Assembly: GCA_040954595.2 (NCBI GenBank) | Contig: CM082579.2 | Location: forward strand, 10,405,625-10,469,624 | Length of the DNA: 64,000 nucleotides | Source of the DNA: Balanoglossus misakiensis | Taxonomy: Eukaryota; Animalia; Hemichordata | Direction of reading: 5' to 3' | Part shown: piece by piece, positions 23,746 to 36,900 of the stretch | How the letters are laid out: every line of letters begins with the position of its first letter | Numbering within the stretch: the first letter of the stretch is position 1 | Translations under genes and position numbers: made by a program | The notes under the pieces: model-generated | Databases searched by the model: none | Told to the model about the DNA's origin: nothing | What the model saw: the letters and a program-made list of their open reading frames with translations, nothing else

Positions 23746-25749
23746 CTGACATGGCAAGAAGAGGTGGAGGCAGACCGGAAACAGATTTTGCTTCCACCAC
23801 GAGTTCTCAATTAGGGCATCGGGTTAGCCAAAGTCTCGCTCCCTGAAAAGGAAAGGTTGACTTGATACGCCAATATCAACTGGCTACTCGGAGACTGGCC
23901 ACTGGTGATGGGTGGAAGACAACTGCCGTGAAGCTGATGTGGTTTTTCTCCGTGGAATGGTTCTACAAGCATCTCCTCCATCGGGATCCGCACAAGAACA
24001 GGATCCTACAACGGAATCCCTGTCCAAGCAGCACCGTCACATCTGGACCCTGTCGTGATATCCGCTTGCAGACGCGGCCAGATCTTCCGACCATCAAACG
24101 TCTACTGAAAAAGTCGGGGGAGACGGTCGTCGTGGAAGATACCATGCAAGGCAGGGACCCAGTCACCTCTGTCCCATCAACATCCAGGGCATCCTCACCC
24201 CGAAGAACATCCTCTACACGACCATCATCTTCTACAGTGGCGGCACCCCGTGAATTATACTCTACAGTGGCTGCACAACAACCCTTGGTGAACCACCAAG
24301 GAAGAACTCGCAACGCCGTCAACCACTGCGAGGGCAGTCCACCCAGCCACCAAGGAAGAGCGCTCAATTCCAGTAAAGTACAGGAAATGCCAAATAACAG
24401 AGTCCTGGAATTGACAAAAAAGTATCTAAACCAAATTAATTTTGATGGGGACTGTGTTGACAAACCAGCACAATTTGTGGGTCATGTAGGATAGCCTCCT
24501 CTAAATATGTAAGATCAGAATATGATGTCAAAACAGTGAAATCTGCATCAAAACATTAAATGAGGTCTCTGTGCAGTAGTTACAAGGATGTTAAGTGTAT
24601 TGATATAAACACCATCAGATCATGGACGAATCAGCCTTTGTAGCTGAAATTATTAAACGCTTTGCGTAATGTGACCCAAGATTTCTTTCATAAGCAAACT
24701 TGGTAACGAGGCTGCTGGAGGGGTTAGCGCCCTCATGCGGTTTAATGTAGAGATGATGGTCTCTTTCTCCCACATGGGCTGCCATGATAGGTACATGTTT
24801 TTGATTGCTCCGGTTTTCAATCGCCTGTAATGGACGGTTTGAAATTGCCATCCACATGTATCGACAAACTATAAATAATAGTCGACATCTCTGGAACATT
24901 TGACCGAGATTTTAGTATCAAAACTGCACCCGTGCGAGAAGTGTTACACAGCAGAACGATGGCAGAAGCTCCTAAATTCTCATCTGTGGCAACTCAAACA
25001 TCCGATGGGGAGTTCAAAGAGAATGTCGTGCAAAGTGATCCATTCTGGTTAGAGGACGAAAATTTCACGGAAGATGAAGAGATAGAATTAGCCAGGTTGG
25101 CACGTAAAGCGGAAGAATATCTGGAGTTGGAGAAGAAATTCCAAACGAAACTTTTCTATGCCCGGCGTAATATATTAGTCAGTATTGGTGAGGGGGGGGG
25201 GGGGGGGGGACTGTGAAGGGTGTGAAATTGATGATCCTTCGCAATTTCATCATGACTGTATGTTGACAGTCTTTACAAAATTGGTTGACAAGTACTTGGA
25301 CATGCTATGGAGAGACTGGATCTTCTGACACTATAAATGTCCGAGATGATGACGGAAACAGGGATAGAGAATGGACAATTACTGGACGTATTAATCCATT
25401 CATGCTACGGGCTATTTGGAAGTACAGAAGAAGACATAAAGGAACAAGGAAATAGTTTATAGAAGTTCGTTAAACATTACGAAGAATAGAAAGAGATTGG
25501 AAAGTTCCCATCCACGTAGATTATCTGAGGCTGACATTCTATTATGCCGTATGGTACCGCAGAAGAAGTAACGTCATTATTAAAGTTACAGGCGTCTACC
25601 ATCTCTCTGGAATTAAAACTTCTAGTGGTACATAAAGTCTGTAATCTGACACGGAGAGAGCTTCCTGATGTGACAAGATGAGTTAAAGAGTTGTGTCTCG
25701 CTTGAAGAATTTGATTCAATGTTAGAATCATGCGGCAATCATCTATCTG

Positions 25750-26092
25750 ATGAATTACATCTGGTTGCTCTGGGTGGAAAGAGAGTCAACAGATGGCGAG
25801 GCACACTGTGGAAGTTCAGACAATGTAGATCCTCTTTCGCCCACTTGTGAAATTAAACGTGAAAACCAACATACACGTATAGGTGAAATTACGTGTAACA
25901 AAGATCAACGTGGTGGTAGTACCTCTGGGAATAAAAATCCTGTAATTATTGACTATTCAATCGTTCAGCCGGAGAATCCTCCTCCTTCAGTTAGTTTGGT
26001 GCCGGGTCCTGCACAGAACCCTAGAAAACGCAGAATAAGCGTCGGAGAAATTCGCGATAACGCAGGAGAAATGTTTGAAATTCGTAAAGTAC
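25750..26092 (+). pseudogene. Probable N-terminal piece of a second Polinton pPolB lineage (module Q; copy 42021-42363)
   Basis: Low-complexity linker with DQRGG, then RKRR and EMFEIRKV, paralleling AKRRR..ELYRIxEV of module I without obvious DNA identity. Confidence 0.35.
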
Positions 26093-26824
26093 AGTGCTTG
26101 TCAAATGAGAGAGCAAGTAGATGCGGTATGCTGGCCTAGCTTCTCCCGATGAAAGAAGGGTCAGACAGGAAATTAATCTGGGCCGCAGTTGCTGGCAGGT
26201 GCTGTACCATTCATGCCAGGGGTGCTTCAGGCTCAGGCTGGTGGACAGCCAATTCAGCCGCCTGTTCACGTTGTGCCACCATTGCCGGAAAGACAGGCCC
26301 CTAGACCTGTGCCTATGATGGCTCCCGATCCATATCCATTCGATCAACGGGAAGAGCCTGTGCCAGCAGAAGACCATTCTGACCCAAGGGACATCCCCTT
26401 ACCGGAAGAACCCCTCCCCGATAGACAGCAACCATGCACGACAGGGAAGAGTGCGGTTATATCAACTCGTCCGTGAAGCTCACGAATTGTACATTATTTT
26501 TTTAAGAAATGATCTGCCAGATACAATCGCCAATATAAACCGCAACTTACAAAGATTGAATGATCATTTAGATGGACTTTGAACATTTATTTTACTTATC
26601 TAAGTATTTTATTTCATTTTTGGTAGAATAATACTACCGGTACTAGTTTTTATTACACTCATTATTATTATTATTGTTATTAAAGTAATTTAGTTTTGAC
26701 GAAGATGTGATGAGGGGCACGTTGTCTGTAACATTCATATACCGGTACTGTTTTCATAAAGAGATCAGGAACTATGTGCAGCTTCGTGAAAGAAGTACAA
26801 TTAAAAAGAGAAGAATAAAAGAGA

Positions 26825-27179
26825 AGAATACGGCCATAAATCGTGAGTTGCCGTCTTCCCCACATTTCCAAAACTTTACCTAATGATTTTAACTTATCAT
26901 CCCAGTTTAACTGCTTACACAGAGCATCATCATACCCAAAATATACTCCAAGAGTTTTTACAGGATTGTCAGACCAACTTATATCACCCACTTTATCGTT
27001 ACATTTTCTTAAATTACCAAGTTTAAAAGCCTGCGTTTTCTTTTTATTTAACCTTAGCCCACTGCATCCCTGAAACTTTGAGAACAGAAGACAAATCTTC
27101 AACGAATACTATTGTATCATCTGCAAGTAAAGATATCTTTGCTTCTTTGGCATGACCATTACCAGCAGGCAGACGAAAC
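26825..27179 (-). mobile_element. Tx1/L1 LINE fragment (short form)
   Basis: Identical junction and sequence to the unit 2 copy. Confidence 0.9.
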
Positions 27180-28517
27180 TTACTTAACTTGTTACTGCTT
27201 TCATTATTTACTTGATATTTTTTAGTGCTTCCATTATTAATTGACATTTCTTATTTCTCATTTTTTTAAACAATTGAATTTTATTCATTTATATACAACA
27301 CAGCTCATTTTCATTGTTATATTTATTATTTTACATACAGCCTTCATAGTGAGAATTCTTCACTAAGGTGGAGTGACAGTTGGCCCCATGTTTGAATCTA
27401 TTGGCTGTTTGTAATCACGTGTCTGTCAATCTATGATGTCATAATTAGAATATGCAAATAGGAAGTCCAGTCACTTTACTTAATGTGATCAACAGATCAA
27501 GTCTTCATCATTGTGAGTGACAGCGCCTACGTGACAACATCGCAGCAGTTGAAGTTTAGCCGCTCCAAAAGTCTACGCACAGCACATCACCCTGACCTGG
27601 CAAGAAGAGGTGGAGGCAGACCGGAAACGGATTTTGCTTCCACCACGAGTTCTCACTTACGGCATCGGGTTGGCCAAAGTCTTGCTCCCTGAAAAGGAGA
27701 GGTTGACTTGATACGCCAATATCAACTGGCTACTCGGAGACTGGCCACTGGTGATGGGTGAAAGACACATGCCGTGAACCTGATATGGTTTTCTCCGTGG
27801 AATGGTTCTACAAGCATCTCCTCCATCGGGATCCGCACAAGAACAGGATCCCGCAACGGAATCTCCGTCCAAGCAGCACCGTCACGTCTGGACCCTACCG
27901 TGATATCCGCTTGCAGACGCGGCCAGATCTTCCGACCATCAAACGTCTACTGAAAAAGTCGGGGGAGACGGTCGTCGTGGAAGATACCACGCAAGGCAGG
28001 GACCCAGTCACCTCCATCGCATCAACATCCAGGGCATCCTCAGCCCGAAGAACATCCTCTACACGACCATCATCTTCTACAGTGGCGGCGCCCCGCAAAT
28101 TATATTCTACTGTGGCTGTGCAACAACCCTTGGTGAACCACCAAGGAAGAGCTCGCAACGCCGTCAACCACTGTGAGGGCAGTCCACCCAGCCACCAAGG
28201 AAGAGCGCTCAATTCCAGTAAAGTACAGGAAATGCCAAATAACAGAGTCCTGGAATTGACAAAAAGGTATCTAAACCTAGTTTATAAGCAACACCCATGA
28301 TTAATATGCATGAGTACTTAATTTTCAAGCAGGGGTGGCATTCCCCTATTTTGAAAGAAACATGGAGAAAACAATGGGGTTAGTAATGGACTGTAATGCA
28401 ACTACATGCTAAGATCTTAATTTTAGACCTCATTGTAGAGGGGGGGGGGTTACATATCTTGCATTTGTAATTGGTATGTCAGCACAAATTTGCAGGTCAT
28501 GAAAATTATTAGTTTAA

Positions 28518-28864
28518 AGGGACAAAGTCTCTCTCTCGCTGCCCTTTTTTCCATTACTTATATTTGATAAGAGACAACGTTTGTTATTCTACATGTGGAT
28601 ATTTAGTGAATGAAGGTTCAACCACACACAACTTCCATCCCTCTTATAGACAGGAGAGTGAAAAAACTGGCTAAAATGAATAATCGTTCTTTACCATTTA
28701 TTCATTTTGGGCGAGTTTTTACTCTCATATCCTACAAATGAGATGGAAGTTGTGTGTGGTCGAATGTTGATTCACCATAAATCCAAATGTAGAATAACAT
28801 ATAAGGCGTCTTGTATCAAACATAGTTAATGGAAAAAGGCCAGCGAGAGAGAGACTTTGTCCCT
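28518..28864. mobile_element. Kolobok-type MITE
   Basis: AGGGACAAAGTCTCTCTC..GAGAGAGACTTTGTCCCT with long TIRs and TTAA TSD; empty site AGTTTAATAAAA at ~47257 and ~54420. Confidence 0.88.
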
Positions 28865-29400
28865 TTAATAAAAAATTAGAGACATTTTGCACCAATATAA
28901 TGTGCTCCCCCATCAGTTGTGCAACCTGTATCCCTGCAGGTTATATCATATAATAGGCTAACAAATTTCTAAAGAATCGCACACAGATGCAAAGCAATCA
29001 AGTTTTATGTCTCGCTACAAACTACCCTCTGGATATCATCTTCTTATTACGCTTGTAATTATAGATTAATTTTGATGCATTGACTTTCATGATGTTGATT
29101 ATAAGATATGGCTGCCATTGATTAAAGTTACATTATATGCATCATATGTGGTAAGTGATCCAAAAGTTATATACTACATGCAGTAAGGCTCATTTACAAA
29201 ATTACTTTTCTTTCTTTGTTCCACAGATACTGTATGAATTCCAGCTAATACTGGGATGTGATATGGTGGATGAAATGACTATTCGTTGGAAAAAAATGAT
29301 GTATTACATTGACAAAATAATCAAGTGCAGGGAAGGTTCATCTTGTGATGATGATGATGATGATGCAGCTGATAATGAGCCTGAATATTCAACACAATAG

Positions 29401-29967
29401 ACAGAATCCGAATAAGGAATAAGTCACAGACTTCAGAAGCGAATAAGGAAAAAGTCAGATTTCGAATAAGGAATAAGTCACAGACTTCAGCTTTGAATAA
29501 GGAATAAGGAATAAGTAACAAACTTCACATTCGAATAAGGAATAAGGAATAAGTAACAAACTTCACATTCGAATAAGGAATAAGGAATAAGAAACAAACT
29601 TCACATTCGAATAAGGAATAAGGAATAAGTAACAAACTTCACATTCGAATAAGGAATAAGGAATAAGGAATAAGTAACAAACTTCACATTCGAATAAGGA
29701 ATAAGGAATAAGTAACAAACTTCACATTCGAATAAGGAATAAGGAATAAGTAACAAACTTCACATTCGAATAAGGAATAAGGAATAAGGAATAAGTAACA
29801 AACTTCACATTCGAATAAGGAATAAGGAATAAGTAACAAACTTCACATTCGAATAAGGAATAAGGAATAAGGAATAAGTAACAAACTTCACATTCGAATA
29901 AGGAATAAGGAATAAGTAACAAACTTCACATTCGAATAAGGAATAAGGAATAAGTAACAAACTTCAC
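29401..29967 (+). repeat. 38/45-bp minisatellite (GAATAAG)3-4 TAACAAACTTCACATTC, 12 copies plus degenerate leader repeats
   Basis: Counted by eye. Confidence 0.95.
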
Positions 29968-32616
29968 GGGCCCCCCTCTTTCGCCGACTTCGAACGATGG
30001 CAGAAGAACAAGGACGTACGTAAAATGGTTAAGGAAGCCTTCATAAAGGAACTGCAAATGCCCTGGAGCGTAATGGAGAAGTTGCCAATGCGGGTCTGCA
30101 CTAGATCATAGATGTGAACAGACGTTCGTCAGAACTTACCAATTTAATGAACACCCGTGCGTCATGTCGACCGCGTCAACTGTGTCAACAACGACGGGAG
30201 CCTCTAGCCACTAGCACGACCTGTACCGCTACCGCTACCGGGTCTACTAACTACGTCGCGCCAGCAGCGCTGACTGGGGCGCCTCCACACACTTGAGAGT
30301 CCACACCAAGGAATAGTTTTGCATATTTGCATATTTATAATTTTGAGCCATATTTGCCATTTTTGGTCAATTTTTTTTTCTCTCAAACCGTATGCCAGAT
30401 TGCTTTGAAATTTGTTAGGCATGTTCCTAGGGGAATCCCAGGTAAGATGATGCAAAAAAAATGTGATTTTTGCATAAATGTGTCATTGGGAAATTTTTGC
30501 AACATGTACTTCAATCAAACGAGTCATTTAAGATTGATGGAGAGGTATTTGTTAATATCGTTCACGTGAAAATCACAATGGGGGATAAGGACCACGAAAA
30601 AAAAAGTGATGATGCAGAACGTTTTCGAAAATATAATAAGAATATTATTCGTATTAGAAAGAAAGATCATTTGTGTTGCGTGTGGGGAATTGTGACCGCC
30701 AAAGCATGTATTAATTAAGAGATCCAACTACACCCACTGGGCTAAAGGTAGACGCCTAGATCAAGACAATCAGAATGTCGAATTGTATCAGATACGCGAG
30801 GTAAATAAGCGATTTATCAAAAAAGTCAAAACAACGGCAAGCGATTACGTAGTGAATTTCACTCCTGTATTAAGTCAGAATTTGCAGGACGCGTTAAATG
30901 CGCTGTACCAACGTTTCGATAGGTTGATAAGTGAGTTGACCAGCGATATGAAATCGAGTGATAAAATTCGGTTAATTGTGTGCACGCTGCGGCTAGAAAG
31001 ACCTGTTAATTTACCGTTTGTACGCATGGCGATACCTTCTCTGACAGTAAAGGAATTTCACAAATTTTTAAAGTGTTTGCTGTCAGTGGGGCCATAAGAC
31101 TAACAAGACATAAAGGCAAAGAGGTTTGGTGAAACCCCAATGTGACATGCATGATTTCAACAGTGAAACATTGTTCGGAATTTTTATCATTACAGTGTTC
31201 CTCAAAAGAGAGAGCAAGAGATGCACTACGCGGCCCTAGCTTCTCCCGATGAAAGAAGGGTCAGACAGGAAAGAGACCACTCATGCCAGGGGTGTTTCAG
31301 GATCAGGCTGGTGGACAGCCAGTTCAGCCGCCTGTTCCAGATGTGCTACCATTGCCGGAAAGACAGGCCCCTAGACCTGTGCCTATGATGGCTCCCGATC
31401 CATATCCATTCGATCAACGGGAAGAGCCTGTGCCAGCAGAAGACCATTCTGACCCAAGGGACATCCCCTTGCCGGAAGAACTCCTCCCCGATAGGCAGCA
31501 ACCACGACAGGGTAGAGTGCGGCTATATCAACTTGTCCGTGAAGCCCACGAATTATACATTAATTTTTTAAGGAATGACCTTCCAGATACAATAGCCAAC
31601 ATCAACCGCACGTTAGAGAGATTGAACGAGCATTGAGATGGACTTTGAACATTTTTTTACAAAGTATTTTAGTTCATTTTTGGTATAATACTACCAGTAA
31701 TTTTTATTATACACCTACTTTTCATTATTATTTTTATTATTGTTATTAATTATAAGTAATTGAGTTATAACGAAAATGTTGTGATAAGGAGCACGTTGTC
31801 CAAGATTCGTATTGCTTTCCTAAAAAAATCGGGAACTATGTGCAGCTTCGTGAAAGAAGTAAAATTAAAAAGAAATCACACCTGTAGAGCAATTAATGAG
31901 GTTTCCCAAAGCAATGCATTGCTATTTAAGATTTATTTGGCTTTGGATTTATTCACTTGACTTTAACGACTGAGTTGTTTTAGAAGATGTTTTGCATTTG
32001 CCGTGACACTACCTATTATTGATGGCTACAGTACAGAAACAAAGAAAACGCAAACGCTGCTGCCGAGGCATCATATGCAAGTGATGGCCGATAAAGTTAA
32101 ATCGGCACTGAGACAATATCATCAGCCATATTATATTGACACTGATTTGTCAGACTAGTGTCAGTATGATTCCTGTACTGCCTTCATTTGCTCTCCATTC
32201 CATACTTCAACATTTCTCCATTTGTTTACTTCCTTTGAAAAGTGCTTATATTCCAGCACATATTCATTGCCTCTTTTTACACTGTAATATTGACATTCTT
32301 TTACTTCATTTGACATTTTTTACTGTTTTCTTTTCCGATTTAGACAATTGGCGAGCGCTCACTTCATTCATTTTGCCATTTTCTTCACTGCTTTTTTTAT
32401 TACAGTTGAACACATTTTTAGTGACACATTTTTTGATTTCACATTTTTTTAATAATTTGTTCAGTTTGACATTTTGTTTCTTGCCTTTTTTTTGATGTGA
32501 CAATGACATTCTTCTACTTGATTTGACATTTTTTTACTGTTTTTTTTCCTCGATTACATAATTTTTGACTGCTTCATTTAATTAGACATTTTCTTCACTG
32601 ATTTTTCTATTTCAGT

Positions 32617-33579
32617 TTTTGAGAGTTTATCACTAGCCTGTACTGAGTGCCTCTGAATGAGATGAGTATACTGGTACAACACCTTACAAGTTAATTTGTG
32701 GACCGGAGATTTAGAGACGCCAAGTGTGACATCATAGTCATCAATTGCAGAGTGAGCTGCATAAAAAACACCTGAATTTGGAGGACCAGACAAGGGTACG
32801 GTTCCCTGCACGGGAAGCATTGTGTTTCACCGCATACCAGGCATTCAGTACATTTACATAAAATTCAGGGAGTACAGATAAAAGAAAATCAGGAACCCTT
32901 TGCCAAATTGAGTGTTGATGCAATAAATTTGTGGTATTATCTAAAAGCAAATATGACCAGGGCAAAACAGCCCATGTCTCGTCTTTACACATTATTATTC
33001 TTTTAACCCAAAGAGCCATCATTGCTTCCACTTGGCATTTCACATTAATATGATTAACTCCTCCTAGCTTATAGTCACTTTCAAGAGTTTTGTTCGAAAT
33101 TCTCCTTTTACGTTTTACAAAACTGTCAACGAGACGTTGTACTTTACAGAGTATATCATTGGGAATGCCAATTACTGATGATAAATACATAATTTTTGAA
33201 ACAGCAAGAGACTTGGTAATGAGAACACGGCCATAAATCGTGAGTTGCCGTCTTCCCCACATTTCCAAAACTTTACCTAATGATTTTAACTTATCATCCC
33301 AGTTTAACTGCTTACACAGAGCATTATCTTACCCAAAATACACTCCAAGAGTTTTTACAGGATTGTCAGACCAACTTATATCACCCACTTTATCGTTACA
33401 TTTTCTTAAATTACCAAGTTTAAAAGCCTGTGTTTTCTTTTTATTTAACCTTAGCCCACTGCATCCCTGAAACTTTGAGAACAACAGAAGACAAATCTTC
33501 AACGAATACTATTGTATCATCTGCAAGTAAAGATATCTTTGCTTCTTTGGCATGACCATTACCAGCAGGCAGACGAAAC
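32617..33579 (-). mobile_element. Tx1/L1 LINE fragment
   Basis: Same as the unit 1 copy, including the deletion junction TTCAGTTT|TTGAGAG. Confidence 0.9.
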
Positions 33580-33998
33580 TTACTTAACTTGTTACTGCTT
33601 TCATTATTTACTTGATATTTTTTAGTGCTTCCATTATTAATTGACATTTCTTATTTCTCATTTTTTTTAAACAATTGAACTTTATTCATCTATATACAAC
33701 ACAGCTCATTTTCATTGTTATATTTATTATTTTACATACAGCCTTCATAGTGAGAATTCTTCACTAAGGTGGAGTGAAGGTTGGACCCCCATGTTTGAAT
33801 CTATTGGCTGTTGTTTTGTAATCACGTGTCTGTCAATCTATGATGTCATAATTAGAATATGCAAAGAGGAAGTCCAGTCACTGTACTTAATGTGATCGAC
33901 AGATCAAGTCTTCATCATTGTGAGTGACAGCGCCTACGTGACAACATCGCAGCAGTTGAAGTTTAGCCGCTCCAAAAGTCTACGCACAGCACATCACC

Positions 33999-36900
33999 CT
34001 GACATGGCAAGAAGAGGTGGAGGCAGACCGGAAACGGCTTTTGCTTCCACCACGAGTTCTCACTTACGGCATCGGGTTGGCCAAAGTCTCGCTCCCTGAA
34101 AAGGAGAGGTTGACTTGATACGCCAATATCAACTGGCTACTCGGAGACTGGCCACTGGCGATGGGTGGAAGACACATGCCGTGAAGCTGATGTGGTTTTT
34201 CTCCGTGGAATGGTTCTACAAGCATCTTCTCCATCGGGATCCGCACAAGAACAGGATCCTGCAACGGAATCTCCGTCCAAGCAGCACTGTCACATCTGGA
34301 CCCTGCCGTGATATCCGCTTGCAGACGCGCCCAGATCTTGCGACCATCAAACATCTACTGAAAAAGTCGGGGGAGACGGTCATCGTGGAAGATACCATGC
34401 AAGGCAGGGACCCAGTCACCTCCATCGCATCAACATTGAGGGCAACCTCACCCTGAAGAACACCCTCTACACGACCATCATCTTCTACAGAGGCGGCGCC
34501 CCGCAAATTATACTCTACAGTGGCTGCACAACAACCCTTGGTGAACCACCAAGGAAGAGCTCGCAACGCCGTCAACCACTGCGAGGGCAGTCCACCCAGC
34601 CACCAAGGAAGAACGCTCAATTCCAGTAAAGTACAGGAAATGCCAAATAACAGACCTGGAATTGACAAAAAAGTATCTAAACCATATTATTTTTGATGGG
34701 GACTGTGTTGACAAAAACAGCACAATTTGTGGGTCATGTAGGATAGCCTCCTCTAAATATGTAAGATCAGAATATGATGTCAAAACAGTGAAATCTGCAT
34801 CAAAACATTGAATGAGGTCTCTGTGCAGTAGTTACAAGGATGTTAAGTGTATTGATATAAACACTGCATCAGATCATGGACGAATGAGCTGTAGCTGAAA
34901 TTATTAATCGCTTTGCGTAATGTGACCCAAGATTTCTTTCATGAGCAAACTCGGGAACAAGGTGGCTGGAGGGGTTAGCGCCCTCGTGCGGTTTAATGTG
35001 GGATGATGGTCTCTTTCTCCCACATGGGCTGCCATGATAGGTACATGTTTTTGATTGCTCCGGTTTTCAATCGCCTGTAATGGACGGTTTGAAATTGCCA
35101 TCCATATGTATCGACAAACTATAAATAATAGTCGACATCTCTGGAACGTTCGACCGAGATTTTAGTATCAAACCTGCACCCGTGCGAGAAGTGTTACACA
35201 GCAGAACGATGGCAGAAGCTCCGAAATTCTCATCTGTGGCAACTCAAACATCCGATGGGGAGTTCAAAGCGAATGACGTGCAAAGTGATCCATTCTGGTT
35301 AGAAGACGAAAATTTCATGGAAGATGAAGAGATAGAATTAGCCAGACTAGCACGTAGAGCTGAAGAATGTCTGGAGTTGGAGAAGAAATTCCAAACAAAA
35401 CTTTTCTATACCCGGCATACTATATTATCTCAGTATTGGTGAGGGGGGGGGGGGACTGTGAAGGGTGTGAAATTGATGATCCTTCGCAATTTCATCATGA
35501 CTGTATGATGACAGCCCTTACGAAAATTGGTTGACAAGTACTTGGACATGCTATGGAGAGACTGGATCTTCCGACACTATAAATGTCCGAGATGATGACA
35601 GAAACAGGGATGGAGTATGGACAATTACTGGACGTATTAATCCATCCACGCTACGCGCTATTTGCAAGTGCAGAAGAAGACAAAATGGAACAAGAAAAGT
35701 TTTTATAAAGTTGGTTAAACATTACGAAGAATAGAAACGAGGGCGGGGTGAGGAATCTCGTCTAGTGGTGACTGTTCAGCGAGACGGGAAGCGTATGCGA
35801 CGTTCCGTTGTATGGATGGCACAGGAGCCGAAGGGGGTGACAAAGCAGTCGAAAATCACCACGACTACATCAACACGCTCCAGTAGAGGTAGAGGCAGAA
35901 GAAAATCAACCAGCGGCCGCTCCTGTCCATGCCCTGTTCCGGGATGTGGACGGACATCAAGACGTCTGAAGCGGCACTGCTTTTAAATCTGGCAAAGCAA
36001 CCTGAGACTGTTGCAGCGAGTGAAACTTGACGAAATCTAGGAGATGGGAGCACGGCCGTCTGGTCAAAAAGTGACAAAGAAAAACCTGATGGCAAAACCA
36101 GACATCCCAATGTATTTATTTAGTAACTTTGTGTATTTATATTTAATAGAAGACCATCTGTGAATATCTACAAGACGTCGTAGATGGTATGAACAATTTA
36201 CAGCAAAAGAACAAGGACGTACGTTGGTGATATTTGCATATTTGTATTTTTGCCACTTTAGAGCATATATTTTCTGTAAAACTGCTTTGAAATTTTTTTT
36301 TTCTCTGATTGCTTTGAAATTTGTTAGGCATGTTCCTAGGGGAATCCCAGGTAAGATGATGCAAAAAAATGTGATTTTTGCATAAATGTGTTATTGGGAA
36401 ATTTTTGCAACATGTACTTCAATCAAACGAGTCATTTAAGATTGATGGAGAGGTATTTGTTAATATCGTTCACGTGAAAATCACAAAGGGGGATAAGGAC
36501 CGTGAAAAAACAAGTGATGATGCAGAACGTTTTCGAAAATATAATAAGAGTATTATTCGTATTAGAAACAAAGATCATTTGTGTTGCGTGCGGGGAATTG
36601 TGACCGCCAAAGCATGTATTGACAAACGCCCTGATCTCGTGTACATTACAAAAAAAGACGAACAATTCAGGAAGTATTCGCGAAAAGTCATCATCAGCCG
36701 ATAGCGACCTGGAGATACAGTCCGCAAAATTACAGAAGTCCTTACATTCTAGCAGTACGTCGGAGAACGATAAAACATCCGCTGGAAAAATGGTGCACCA
36801 AAACCAAATGTCACAACCAACAGGCTGTCGTCGCTGCAGAATTCCGGACTACTGACAGGGATCTGACAGAAGAATGGGGTGACAATACAGACTTCACACC

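Larger units (their letters stand above)
23746..27591 (+). repeat. Array unit 3 (A-R-S-J-K-Q-M-N-short Tx1-P)
   Basis: Different middle from unit 2 but the same right-hand junction. Confidence 0.85.
27592..33998 (+). repeat. Array unit 4 (A-R-T[+MITE]-minisatellite-E-F-G-I-L-M-N-O-Tx1-P)
   Basis: Pairwise identity of modules with units 7 and 8 (T, satellite) and with unit 1 (O-Tx1 junction). Confidence 0.85.

Noticed and set aside
24830-25530. Minus-strand I(H/Y)VDGNF in modules S and K as a KDZ/Zisupton transposase motif
   Set aside because: Only a 5-6 residue match, with no supporting flanking motifs and nearby stops.
29321-29922. Poly-His and LFLIPYS-repeat ORFs on the minus strand
   Set aside because: Translations of a (GAT)n run and of the minisatellite.
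29401-29967. 38-bp repeat as a CRISPR array
   Set aside because: Repeats are head-to-tail with no unique spacers, there are no cas genes, and the context is eukaryotic.
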